A stretch of 64,000 nt of DNA. It comes from an uncultured Bacillota bacterium. GTDB lineage: Bacteria; Bacillota_I; Bacilli_A; RF39; UBA660. The DNA lies in contig OW818670.1 in NCBI GenBank assembly GCA_942493215.1, positions 153,209 to 217,208 of the forward strand, in the 5' to 3' direction. This document shows, piece after piece, positions 40,418 through 49,755 of this stretch. Position numbers and translations under genes: made by a program. Numbering within the stretch: the stretch's first letter is position 1; each line of letters opens with the position of its first letter. The notes under the pieces are model-generated. The model saw only the letters and a list, made by a program, of their open reading frames with translations, searched no databases and had not been told where the DNA came from.

Positions 40418-40972
40418 TTAAAAATTTCTAACATTATTATCATACTCTTGAAAAGAAGATATTCTAAAACCATCCGTCGAATCAATGGCTATGACTTTCA
40501 TATTTTTTAAACCCTTTACTAATAAAGCTGTTTTATACATATGATCATACCAATCATCAATATTATCATCTTCTTCAGTAAACCATTCTTTCTTCTTCCC
40601 TCGCTCAAATATAGTTTCTAAATCACTAAATAAGAATATTACTTCATAATCAATATTAGGTAGTCTCTCAATTAATCTTCCAACTAGATTATTATCAAAA
40701 TCAACATTCTGACCCTTTATTAACATAATAGTATTATTATTTCTATTATTTTCTTCTATTACCCGATCAATAATTTCTACTCTTCTATCACCAATTGGAT
40801 CATTTTCGCTTTGTTTTATATAATCAATGCTTTCTTGAATTGCCAAAATATGATGGTTAATCCACCCTAATTCGGTAAGCAGGTTAACGTCATCTTTAGT
40901 AACCATTCTTTTGATAAAAGTACTTTTACCAGCAGCTGAACACCCAAATACCCATACTACCTTATTACTCAT
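40418..40972 (-). CDS. P-loop NTPase / small-molecule kinase-like protein
   Basis: Walker A GCSAAGKST at the N-terminus. 184 aa. Confidence 0.6.
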   Translation of the reverse strand: MSNKVVWVFGCSAAGKSTFIKRMVTKDDVNLLTELGWINHHILAIQESIDYIKQSENDPIGDRRVEIIDRVIEENNRNNNTIMLIKGQNVDFDNNLVGRLIERLPNIDYEVIFLFSDLETIFERGKKKEWFTEEDDNIDDWYDHMYKTALLVKGLKNMKVIAIDSTDGFRISSFQEYDNNVRNF

Positions 40973-41003
40973 AATATCACCTACTGTAATAATAACATAA
41001 TTA

Positions 41004-42140
41004 TTAAATATTTACTATATTATTTAGTTGCTCTACTTTATCAAGTTTCTCCCAATTAAAAATATCGCGTCCAAAATGTCCACCTACAGCTGTTTGCAAA
41101 TAAACAGGTTTTGTCAAATCTAAGGTTTTAATTATCCCCCTCGGTGTCAAATCAAAATTAGTCTTTATAATCTCTAATATCTTATCTTTTGATATCTTTT
41201 CAGTATTAAATGTTTCAATAAATATTGATAATGGCTCCACCATACCAATCCCATAACTTAATTGTAATTCACATTTATCACATAATTTAGCCGCTACAAT
41301 ATTTTTAGTAATATATCTAGCCATATAAGAAGCACTACGATCTACTTTGGTAGCATCTTTGCCACTAAAACACCCGCCACCAATTCGGGCCATACCACCA
41401 TATGTATCAACCACTATTTTTCTACCCGTTAATCCGGTATCACCAAGTGGTCCTCCAATAACAAATCTCCCGGTTGGATTAATATAATATTTATAATTGG
41501 TATTCATATGATACTTCTTAACAATTTCATCCATAATATGTTCTTTAATAAAAGTCTTAAATTCTAACTCACTATAATCTTCATTATGTTGAATCGACAT
41601 TAACATATTATCAATTTTTAAATTAGTAGGATCACTATAATCAATCGTAACTTGACTTTTCATATCTGGTCTTGCATCTAAAAACGTCTTGTTTTTACGA
41701 AGGGTGGTCGCCAATAAAATAAGATCATGAGCAATCGATATAGGTAAAGGCATATAGTTACTAGTTTCATTGGTAGCATATCCAAACATTATGCCTTGAT
41801 CTCCAGCACCGCCACTATCAACACCAAGCGCAATATCACTTGATTGTTCATTAATAACTACTTTTACTTCACAAGTATTACCATCAATTCCCCATTCTTC
41901 ATTTTGATAACCAACATCACATATAACCTTTCTAGCAACTTTTTCATAATCAATAGTGGTATTAACTCTAACTTCTCCCCCAATAATTAATAAGTCAGTT
42001 GTAATGTAGCACTCACACGCAACACGAGCATGTGGATCATGCTTTAGACATTCATCTAAGATAGCATCACTTATTTGATCACATAACTTATCAGGATGTC
42101 CTTCCGAAACTGATTCGGATGTAAATAATATTTTTTCCAT
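41004..42140 (-). CDS. metK: S-adenosylmethionine synthetase
   Basis: LFTSESVSEGHPDK N-terminus and a GGGAFSGKD-like motif (GGGCFSGKDATKVDRSASY). The start was moved to ATG 42140, after GAGGAAAG. Confidence 0.95.
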   Translation of the reverse strand: MEKILFTSESVSEGHPDKLCDQISDAILDECLKHDPHARVACECYITTDLLIIGGEVRVNTTIDYEKVARKVICDVGYQNEEWGIDGNTCEVKVVINEQSSDIALGVDSGGAGDQGIMFGYATNETSNYMPLPISIAHDLILLATTLRKNKTFLDARPDMKSQVTIDYSDPTNLKIDNMLMSIQHNEDYSELEFKTFIKEHIMDEIVKKYHMNTNYKYYINPTGRFVIGGPLGDTGLTGRKIVVDTYGGMARIGGGCFSGKDATKVDRSASYMARYITKNIVAAKLCDKCELQLSYGIGMVEPLSIFIETFNTEKISKDKILEIIKTNFDLTPRGIIKTLDLTKPVYLQTAVGGHFGRDIFNWEKLDKVEQLNNIVNI

Positions 42141-42164
42141 TTTCTTTCCTCTCTCTAACAATAA

Positions 42165-42305
42165 AAAAACTTCCCAGAGAGGAAAGTTTGCTAAAACTTT
42201 CTCTCATTGTTCATAGTTATACTATGCTAAGTAAGGCACCTTCTTTATCCAAGGGTTGCCACTGGATCAACGATCTTCATCTTCCCAGTTCTTAATAAGA
42301 GTCTT
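42165..42305 (-). promoter_or_regulatory. SAM-I (S-box) riboswitch with terminator, in the metK leader
   Basis: The minus-strand leader starts CTCTTATTAAGAACTGGGAAGATGAAGATCG...CCAGTGGCAACCC...AAGGTGCC. This resembles the S-box consensus (CTCTTATCAAGAGxGGxGGAGGGA...GATGA...GGCAACC...GGTGCC). It ends in the hairpin AAACTTTCCTCTCTGGGAAGTTT plus a U-run. Promoter TTGACA-17-TAAAAT lies at 42349..42321. Confidence 0.7.
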
Positions 42306-42440
42306 TTTAATTGTAATTAGATTTTAACACTTAATAATTTTAATGTCAATAAAAAATAAACAAGTTAATAACCTGTTTATTCTAAAATTATTATCTTCTT
42401 AATTTGTGAAAGAAAGGTTTAGTCTCTTCTACTTGTTGTG

Positions 42441-43235
42441 TCATTTTTTCTTCTTCGCTTCAATTATATATGAAGCTACATAATCTTCAATGTTACCATC
42501 TGGTACCCACGAATTTATTATCTCTCTAGTATTATCTTTTGGATATAATTTTATATCAATAAAGCCTGACTCTTTAAGCATTACTTTAATGTTTTCTACA
42601 TACTCAGCTCCAGCAATACATCCAGACATCATTCTTAAATCTTGTTTAATTTTTTCTGGCAACTCAGCAGTAGCTACAACATCAGATATTGATAATCTAC
42701 CATCATTTTTTAATACTCTAAATGCTTCTTTAAATACTTTTTCTTTTTCCAAAGATAAGTTTATTACACAGTTTGATATAATTACATCTATTGATGAATC
42801 CTCTACAGGTAAATTCTCAATTTCGCCTAATCTGAATTGTACATTGTCATACTTTGACTTTATTGCATTTGCCCTTGAAAGTTTTATCATTTCAGGTGTC
42901 ATATCTACTCCAATAACTAATCCTGTTGAACCTACTTTTCTTCTTGCGAGGAAACAATCAAATCCACCACCACTACCAAGGTCTAAAACTGTTTCTCCTT
43001 CTTTAAGACTTGCTATTACAATGGGATTACCACATCCTAAACCCATATTGGATTCCGTTGGGACACTTGAAATATCGTTTTCATTGTATCCAATATTTTT
43101 AGATATTGATTCTATGTCTTGTTGTGTATCACCACAGCAACAGCCTCCACCACAACAGCCTTGAGCTTCTTTTTTTGCTATATTCGCATAATTATTACGA
43201 ATATGTTCTCTTAATTCTTCTTTACTTTCTTTCAT
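42441..43235 (-). CDS. arsM: Arsenite S-adenosylmethionine methyltransferase
   Basis: N-terminal Cys cluster (GCCGGGCCCG), SAM-binding motif VLDLGSGGGFDCF and conserved catalytic Cys residues (ISNCVINLS, MSGCIAG). The start is ATG 43235, after AAGGAG. Confidence 0.8.
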   Translation of the reverse strand: MKESKEELREHIRNNYANIAKKEAQGCCGGGCCCGDTQQDIESISKNIGYNENDISSVPTESNMGLGCGNPIVIASLKEGETVLDLGSGGGFDCFLARRKVGSTGLVIGVDMTPEMIKLSRANAIKSKYDNVQFRLGEIENLPVEDSSIDVIISNCVINLSLEKEKVFKEAFRVLKNDGRLSISDVVATAELPEKIKQDLRMMSGCIAGAEYVENIKVMLKESGFIDIKLYPKDNTREIINSWVPDGNIEDYVASYIIEAKKKK

Positions 43236-43280
43236 AATGTTCTCCTTTTTACTTATGAACACTAACATTCATTTATTAAT

Positions 43281-45020
43281 CTACAGTTCAATTAATTTAT
43301 CTCCCTTTATTTCTTCCGGATTCCAACTAATCACTGCAAAGTTTCCTTTAGAATGGGAATTTACTTTATTTATCCATTCTATTTCATTACTTGCCTTTGC
43401 TTTTAAAATCTTATTTGTAGTGCCAGTTTTATACAATGACGAATTTATAACCCACCACTTACTTGATATTCCGGCTCTTTTTAAATCTTCTTCTAATCTC
43501 ATTGCTTCAAATACAGGCGTTGTCTCAGCTAAGGTTACAATTATTACTTCTGTCTCATTTGCATTTCTTAATCGTGGAAGTAGTTTTTTTACTGATTCTG
43601 GTATATCACCATGAGACCTCTGTATTTCTTTATGATAACTTTGAGTAGAATCTAAAAGTAATAAAGTATGTCCGGTTGGTGCTGTATCAATAACTACAAC
43701 TTCTTCATCAGCTTTCTCTACAAGTTCAGCAAACCTTCTAAATACCGCTATTTCTTGTGTGCAGGGCGACTTCAAGTCTTCTTCTACATAAGCTATATCT
43801 TCGACTGACATTGTTTCTTTTGCCTTTGATAGAACTTCTTCTTTATATTTTTGGAGTTCTTCGTGTTCATCAATATGGCTTATAGTAATTAAACTATAAT
43901 TCTTCATAAGCAAATTTAAATGATTGGCTGGGTCAGTTGTGGTGAGATGTACTTTTTGACCTTTATTAGCTAATCCTAAGGCAATGGCACAGGCTACTGT
44001 AGTTTTTCCTACTCCACCTTTGCCCATCGTAAATATAACTTTTTTATGAGAATTATATATGTCATCTATTACATCATGCAAACTAAGTATATTTTCAGTT
44101 TGTAATGTCTCAACATTACTATCTAATATGTCATGTGTTAAAAATGCTCTCACATTATTTATTCCAGTAATATTATATGCTCTTAATGGAACTGCATATA
44201 TTTCCTTATCTTTTAATCCATTAGGCATACTGGCAAGAGCTTTTTGCTGCTTACGATATAATCCTTCTGAAATAGAATCATCAAATCCCTGTAATACCCC
44301 ATTTATAATCATAATTTGATTGTTTATGCCTAAATCAGAAAGTTCCTTTGATGCTCTTTCAGCTTCAATAAGAGGTGTTGAATCAGGTTTTGAAACAATA
44401 ATCAATGTTGTTTTTTCTTTATCAGCTAATGTATTTACCGCTTTTTTATATATCTCTTTTCTTTCTTCTAGCCCAGATAATTGACCAAGACAAGAAGCTC
44501 CATGAGTACTCTCACTAATAAAATTACTCCATGCTGATGGCAATTGTAACATTCTTAATGTATGTCCGGTTGGTGCTGTATCAAAAATAACATAATCATA
44601 TTCTTTTTCTATATTCTCATCTGCAATAAAATTAGAGAACTCATTGAAAGCAGCAATTTCTACTGTACATGAGCCTGATAATTGCTCTTCCATATTTTTA
44701 ATTACTACTTCAGGCAATTTGCCCCTATATGGTGCAATTACGCTTTCTCTATATTCTTCTGCTGACTTTAAGGGGTCAAGATTGATGACTGTTAAATTAT
44801 GTACACCTTTTATTTGAGTTTTCTTATTGCTTAATTCCATTTCAAATACATCTTGCAAATTAGAGGCAGGGTCAGTACTTATTAGCAAAACGCTTTTACC
44901 ACTATCGGCAATGCTTACAGCAGTTGCACAGGCAGTAGAAGTTTTACCAACGCCACCTTTACCAGTATAAAATAAATATTTTGTAAGCTTTATATTGTTA
45001 GGATTAAATGATTTATTCAT
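43281..45020 (-). CDS. arsA: Arsenical pump-driving ATPase ArsA (two-domain)
   Basis: Duplicated halves, each with a P-loop GKGGVGKT and DTAPTGHTL. ATG 45020 follows GGAGG and overlaps the arsD stop (TAATG). Confidence 0.92.
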   Translation of the reverse strand: MNKSFNPNNIKLTKYLFYTGKGGVGKTSTACATAVSIADSGKSVLLISTDPASNLQDVFEMELSNKKTQIKGVHNLTVINLDPLKSAEEYRESVIAPYRGKLPEVVIKNMEEQLSGSCTVEIAAFNEFSNFIADENIEKEYDYVIFDTAPTGHTLRMLQLPSAWSNFISESTHGASCLGQLSGLEERKEIYKKAVNTLADKEKTTLIIVSKPDSTPLIEAERASKELSDLGINNQIMIINGVLQGFDDSISEGLYRKQQKALASMPNGLKDKEIYAVPLRAYNITGINNVRAFLTHDILDSNVETLQTENILSLHDVIDDIYNSHKKVIFTMGKGGVGKTTVACAIALGLANKGQKVHLTTTDPANHLNLLMKNYSLITISHIDEHEELQKYKEEVLSKAKETMSVEDIAYVEEDLKSPCTQEIAVFRRFAELVEKADEEVVVIDTAPTGHTLLLLDSTQSYHKEIQRSHGDIPESVKKLLPRLRNANETEVIIVTLAETTPVFEAMRLEEDLKRAGISSKWWVINSSLYKTGTTNKILKAKASNEIEWINKVNSHSKGNFAVISWNPEEIKGDKLIEL

Positions 45021-45391
45021 TAACAACAGCCTCCGCCACCACAACATCCATTATTTTTTTTAGGCAATATTGTATTAGGCATATCAATTGTTACTCCTAA
45101 TAAGTTTAACATTTCTTCATTAGTAGGATATCTTCCTTCAATAACAATCTTTTCATCAACCATAATTATTGGAAATTTGTCTACACCATTTTTGTTTATA
45201 AATTCATTTACTTCTTTATTATTAACAAAAGCTTGAGGCGAACTAGATAAATTATATCTTTCTACTATAACTCCCATTTTACTTAAGCTGTTAATCACAG
45301 CTGATATTCTTATTAATTCAGGGTCAACACCTACTCCACATAAACCAGTAGAACAGCACATAGCTGGCTCAAATATTTTCATTTTTTTCAT
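45020..45391 (-). CDS. arsD: Arsenic metallochaperone/repressor ArsD
   Basis: MKIFEPAMCCSTGLCG N-terminus with Cys12/13/18. C-terminal Cys-rich tail NGCCGGGGCC. Translationally coupled to arsA. Confidence 0.85.
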   Translation of the reverse strand: MKKMKIFEPAMCCSTGLCGVGVDPELIRISAVINSLSKMGVIVERYNLSSSPQAFVNNKEVNEFINKNGVDKFPIIMVDEKIVIEGRYPTNEEMLNLLGVTIDMPNTILPKKNNGCCGGGGCC

Positions 45392-45461
45392 AACAAATCT
45401 CTCCTTTTTCATTTTTTTCATCTATATAATTAAAAGCATCAATATAATATGAGTTCATATA

Positions 45462-45764
45462 TTATTTGCAGATACAATCATCTTTTTCATTAGAAATATA
45501 TTGAATGAACTTATTTAATTCATCAATGGTATATTTATTTAAACTGTAATATACCCAGTTTATTTCCTTTCTTGCTATAACTAATTTAGCATCTATTAGA
45601 GTTTTCATATGATGTGAAAGTGTTGGTTGTGTTATATTGAGCTTCTCTAATATCCTACAAGCACACATTTCTCCACATGATAACATATCAATTATCTGCA
45701 ATCTATTATTATCTGACAGTGCCTTAAATATTAATACTTTTTTTTCATTATTCTTTTTATTCAT
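45462..45764 (-). CDS. arsR: ArsR-family arsenic-responsive repressor
   Basis: Metal-binding/HTH region LSCGEMCACRILEKLNITQPTLSHHMKTL. First gene of the cluster. Confidence 0.85.
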   Translation of the reverse strand: MNKKNNEKKVLIFKALSDNNRLQIIDMLSCGEMCACRILEKLNITQPTLSHHMKTLIDAKLVIARKEINWVYYSLNKYTIDELNKFIQYISNEKDDCICK

Positions 45765-45774
45765 ACTTTATTCT

Positions 45775-45850
45775 CCTTCATTGATAACTATCTATATAGA
45801 CTTACATCTATATTATATGCAACATCTGTACAAAATGCAACACTATATCA
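45775..45850 (-). promoter_or_regulatory. ars promoter with a putative ArsR operator
   Basis: Minus-strand TTGCAT-17-TATAAT followed by the inverted repeat TATAGA-tgtaag-TCTATA between the promoter and the arsR start. TGTTGCAT occurs twice. Confidence 0.45.
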
Positions 45851-45913
45851 AGAATAAGTTATAATTTAGAAAATAAAAAGATACGTATATACGTATCTTT
45901 AAATTTCAAAATT

Positions 45914-45989
45914 GGTGTCCCCTGGGAGGCTCGGACTCCCGACCCACTGATTAAGAGTCAGTTGCTCTACCAACTGAGCTAAGGAGACA
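45914..45989 (-). tRNA. tRNA-Lys (CTT)
   Basis: The reverse complement TGTCTCCTTAGCTCAGTTGGTAGAGCAACTGACTCTTAATCAGTGGGTCGGGAGTTCGAGCCTCCCAGGGGACA folds as a cloverleaf with the anticodon loop cuCUUaa. CCA does not appear to be encoded. Confidence 0.85.
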
Positions 45990-46130
45990 TAAATATTTAG
46001 TACTAACTAAATAATACTTTTTTATTATATCACATTGTTACAACTTTGGAATACTAAAAATTACTTTTTTACATAAATTTAATTGTATTATTGATTAATC
46101 AATTATATAATTAAGCTAGGAGGAATATAA

Positions 46131-47087
46131 ATGAAGCTAAAATTAACTAAAAAGCAATTAATTGTTGGTATCATTGCCTTATTCTTTCTTATTGGTAGTA
46201 CTATTACAACAACAGTAATTATTAAAAACTATAAACATAAGACTAATAATAATATTGATACTACTAATAATGATAATACTAAAGATAATACAGATGAAAA
46301 TACTAATAAAGAAGATGAAAAACCTGAAGAAGATAATTTTACTATTAGTATTGATGGTAAAGAAGTATGTAGTTCAATATATGGACAATGTTTATATACA
46401 CCTAGATATTATATAACCAGAGATACAACTACTGCTAATATTGTTGTTACGACTAATCTAAAAGGTTATGAGATCTATCCTACTACTAGTTATAGTTTAA
46501 AGAGTGGTTTAAACAATATTGTTTATGGTAAAGATAGTAATAAAAAAGAGTTGTCTTTAGATCTATATTTAATTAATAATACTTTATCTGATAATAAAAT
46601 CGACATAAATGATACAGTAAACAATATTACCAGTGTGTTCATAAATTATGATTATGGTTTTAGTACTGATTTTGATAGCTATTTAATCGATAATGTTATG
46701 ATTACTAGTGATAATCATGAGAAATTTATTAAGTGCGCTAAAGATGAATGTAAAGATATGACTAGTCTTAAAAAATACTTTATGGATAAATATTATATGA
46801 GTGAGCGATTAATTGAAGAACTTATTAATAATGCTACTAAGAATGGTTATATTAAGGTTGAAGATAATGTTATATATTTTAAAGGCTATATTATTGGTTA
46901 TGAAGATAGTTATTCATATAATTTCTATAAGACATATAAAGATAATGATAATATATATATAATAATTGATTTAAATGATAACAATGATAATAATAAATAT
47001 AATAGTAGTTATATAGTAAAGTTAATAAAAGTAGATGATAAATATAGTATCGATGATTATGATTATATTGGTACAAGAATAGAATAA
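46131..47087 (+). CDS. Hypothetical membrane-anchored extracellular protein (318 aa; N-terminal TM then an Asn/Asp/Thr-rich low-complexity linker)
   Basis: ORF with a good SD (AGGAGG) upstream, located between tRNA-Lys and tRNA-Val. Followed by a hairpin/T-run terminator (AAAGGACAATAAATTGTCCTTTTTT). Confidence 0.6.
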   Translation: MKLKLTKKQLIVGIIALFFLIGSTITTTVIIKNYKHKTNNNIDTTNNDNTKDNTDENTNKEDEKPEEDNFTISIDGKEVCSSIYGQCLYTPRYYITRDTTTANIVVTTNLKGYEIYPTTSYSLKSGLNNIVYGKDSNKKELSLDLYLINNTLSDNKIDINDTVNNITSVFINYDYGFSTDFDSYLIDNVMITSDNHEKFIKCAKDECKDMTSLKKYFMDKYYMSERLIEELINNATKNGYIKVEDNVIYFKGYIIGYEDSYSYNFYKTYKDNDNIYIIIDLNDNNDNNKYNSSYIVKLIKVDDKYSIDDYDYIGTRIE

Positions 47088-47119
47088 AAGGACAATAAAT
47101 TGTCCTTTTTTAATATTAA

Positions 47120-47196
47120 TGGTGAACGATGTAGGATTCGAACCTACGACCTCTACCACGTCAAGGTAGCGTTCTAACCAACTGAACTAATCGTCC
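47120..47196 (-). tRNA. tRNA-Val (GAC), CCA encoded
   Basis: The reverse complement GGACGATTAGTTCAGTTGGTTAGAACGCTACCTTGACGTGGTAGAGGTCGTAGGTTCGAATCCTACATCGTTCACCA has the anticodon loop uuGACgu. Confidence 0.85.
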
Positions 47197-47254
47197 ATAT
47201 GTATTATTTTACCTTATATGATAAATATATGCAAGAAAAAAGATAAGATTTTTC

Positions 47255-47842
47255 TTATCCAATTATTCTTCGATACTGTCCTTCTTTTAATCTCTTAACG
47301 ACCATATCCATCGCATCTACCATTGGTATACTAGGATCCTCTAAACGGGTATACACTAATTGGTTAACAAGATTAATAAATCTATCATCTAAATCTACTA
47401 ATTTACTACTTACACCACTTTTTTGATTATACATTTCATATTTGCCTAAAATCGTAAGATGAGGTATATGATATAATAAATCATATGTATCATAAAAATC
47501 TTTTAGTTCACCATTTTCTCTAAGATATTTAATTTGATTAATAACCGTTAGAGGCGCTACTATTAATAAACCTAGATATCCCATATTAACAAACCCATCC
47601 TCGGTATTAATTGGATAATCATAATCTAAATTAGTAATAGCATAGTCTATTTCTGAAAATACGGATTGGGCTTTAGCAATAAAGTTTCCAGCCACTTCAG
47701 GAGTTACTCTTCTAAATTGATTAAGTACTCTTCTGTGAGCTAATACTTTTTCTTGATTGGGTGTTAAAGATAATTTAAAAAGTTTAGAAGTACATATTTG
47801 ACAATAATGTAGTTCTCCCTTTATTTGTTCATTCAACTTCAT
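47255..47842 (-). CDS. Hypothetical protein, paralog family member 1 (195 aa)
   Basis: Shares the C-terminal signature RFINLVNQLVYTRLEDPSIPMVDAMDMVVKRLK with the two upstream genes. Confidence 0.6.
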   Translation of the reverse strand: MKLNEQIKGELHYCQICTSKLFKLSLTPNQEKVLAHRRVLNQFRRVTPEVAGNFIAKAQSVFSEIDYAITNLDYDYPINTEDGFVNMGYLGLLIVAPLTVINQIKYLRENGELKDFYDTYDLLYHIPHLTILGKYEMYNQKSGVSSKLVDLDDRFINLVNQLVYTRLEDPSIPMVDAMDMVVKRLKEGQYRRIIG

Positions 47843-47869
47843 AACAACGCTGCTTTCTATTTTTATATA

Positions 47870-48439
47870 TTAATTTAATGTTGTAGGCTTTTTTTCTTTA
47901 CAAAATTTCTTGGGTATATTATTAATTATTCTAAACATTGCCTCTTCCATAGGCATATCAGGACTATCTAGACGTAATTGTACTAGTTCATTAACAATAT
48001 CATTGAACATAGGATTAAATGCTCTTAAATCAGAACTAATACCATCTGTACGCTCATTTGATAAATTATATTCATTAGTATCACAAGGAAAATATACATA
48101 TTTAGTGCCACAAAGACTCTTAAAGATATCTGCCAAAACGTCTTTATCGCCTCTTTTACACCTACTAATACCTTTACTTACTATTCCACCAAGTTCCGTA
48201 AGATATATTAATCCATGGGCTGTATCACAGCCATAATCATCTGGACAATGAAAACTAACATAAGAATATTTTGCATCAGCATTCACATCATCCAATGCTC
48301 TTTGAACTTCTATTATAAAATCGGCAGCTAAACCAGCATTAACATGTCTAAACTCTCTTAATATCTTTTTTTCTTTTAAATTTTTATGTCTACTTAATAA
48401 TTTAGCTTTTGATTCCTGATAATAATGCATTAAACCCAT
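47870..48439 (-). CDS. Hypothetical protein, paralog family member 2 (189 aa)
   Basis: C-terminal signature MFNDIVNELVQLRLDSPDMPMEEAMFRIINNI. Carries the N-terminal motif LSRHKNLKEKKILREFRHV...FIIEVQRAL shared with the family. Confidence 0.6.
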   Translation of the reverse strand: MGLMHYYQESKAKLLSRHKNLKEKKILREFRHVNAGLAADFIIEVQRALDDVNADAKYSYVSFHCPDDYGCDTAHGLIYLTELGGIVSKGISRCKRGDKDVLADIFKSLCGTKYVYFPCDTNEYNLSNERTDGISSDLRAFNPMFNDIVNELVQLRLDSPDMPMEEAMFRIINNIPKKFCKEKKPTTLN

Positions 48440-48447
48440 ATTATCAT

Positions 48448-49674
48448 CTATCCTTTCTTTGCTTCTGATAGAGTTCTAACTTTTAATGTCATTCGCTTCT
48501 TTAAAAGATCTATAGCTTTATTAAAAACCTCCTCCATAGATATATCTGGCTCATCTAAACAAATCTTTACTAAATCATTAAAGATTGTTTTAAATTCCAA
48601 ATTATGCATTAATAATTTCTGATTAAGTCCATTTTTTGTTGTATACATATCATAATAACAATCAGAATCAAAGCTAAAATAATCTACTCTTGATAGATTA
48701 AAAACCTGTTCATATACTTTACATTGATCACCTGGCTTGTAGTAAACGCCTTTACAAAAGCCTATATGATTAGCTGGAATTATATACTTCATAGACGAAA
48801 AAATGGTATTTATGTTTGATTTTGGATTAGCAATAGTTAAGTCTCTGGCTTCAAATTTCTCATCGGCTATAACTGATTTAGCATTAGCAATAAATTGTGC
48901 AACCATATCACAATCCATATTTTTAAATCTTTGTAATACTCTTATTTGTCTTAATTCTGCTTCTTGTTGTGGTGTCATATATAATCTTAATTTGTTTTTA
49001 ATAATTAATGATATATTATGTAAGAAATCATTATTATCAAATAATTCTACCTCATTACCAGTTATTTTTTCACCTGTTTTTAATTCGTTAATAACTAGTT
49101 TCATAGCAAAACCCATTGATATACTAGGTCTTTCTAATCTTACTTCAATTAAACGTTTAACTAGGTCTTCAAATCTTGCATCAAATTTTATTAATTGGGA
49201 ATTAATTTTACCATCATTATATAAGTTATAACCAAAATCAAAAATAAATTGAAAACCATTAATACGTTCTAAATAGTCATCTATTTGAGAAACATTTTCA
49301 AAATTTTTTCTATCTTTTTCATCTTGGTCAATTACAACATTTAGTTCACTTTTTCTATCAGCAGGAATAATAATTGTTTTTGTTAATGGCGTATTTATTA
49401 AGCCCTGATTATCATCATTTTTTGCTATTCCATAAGGAGTATAAAAAGCTTTATATCTCTTACCTTTATCACTTTTTTCTTGCTCAAAAAAATTTTTAGC
49501 TTCCACTATAAAATCGTTCATTAAATATGAATCAACAAATTGAAACTCACGTAAAATTATGGCTTTAGCTTTTCTTAATCCTTCGACCGATTTATCTTCT
49601 TGTGTAGGTATACCTAAAGTTCCTTTTATTTTTATCCCTAAATCAGATAAATTATACTTTTTTAAAATTTTCAT
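48448..49674 (-). CDS. Hypothetical protein, paralog family member 3 (408 aa; two tandem copies of the family domain)
   Basis: Two repeats. Each has the N-terminal RxLxxFxxVxxxxAxFI motif and a C-terminal FxDLVKxLIExRLExPxISMxxAM motif (RFEDLVKRLIEVRLERPSISMGFAMKLV and IFNDLVKICLDEPDISMEEVFNKAI). Own promoter (TTGACA-17-TATCAT) and SD. Confidence 0.6.
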   Translation of the reverse strand: MKILKKYNLSDLGIKIKGTLGIPTQEDKSVEGLRKAKAIILREFQFVDSYLMNDFIVEAKNFFEQEKSDKGKRYKAFYTPYGIAKNDDNQGLINTPLTKTIIIPADRKSELNVVIDQDEKDRKNFENVSQIDDYLERINGFQFIFDFGYNLYNDGKINSQLIKFDARFEDLVKRLIEVRLERPSISMGFAMKLVINELKTGEKITGNEVELFDNNDFLHNISLIIKNKLRLYMTPQQEAELRQIRVLQRFKNMDCDMVAQFIANAKSVIADEKFEARDLTIANPKSNINTIFSSMKYIIPANHIGFCKGVYYKPGDQCKVYEQVFNLSRVDYFSFDSDCYYDMYTTKNGLNQKLLMHNLEFKTIFNDLVKICLDEPDISMEEVFNKAIDLLKKRMTLKVRTLSEAKKG

Positions 49675-49699
49675 ATCCTCACATATCCCCCATTCTTAA

Positions 49700-49735
49700 T
49701 AGTATATGATATATCTAATTCTGATTATTGTCAAT
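49700..49735 (-). terminator. Rho-independent terminator after ddl
   Basis: Minus strand: AAGATAAG-atatg-CTTATCTT followed by TTTTTT. Confidence 0.6.
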
Positions 49736-49755
49736 TAAAAAAAGATAAGCATATC

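Noticed and set aside
42441-45989. ars cluster as a bounded tRNA-Lys-integrated genomic island
   Set aside because: No integrase gene and no direct repeat of the tRNA-Lys 3' end could be found on the far side (towards metK). I therefore retain it only as a possible horizontally acquired block, not as a delimited mobile element.
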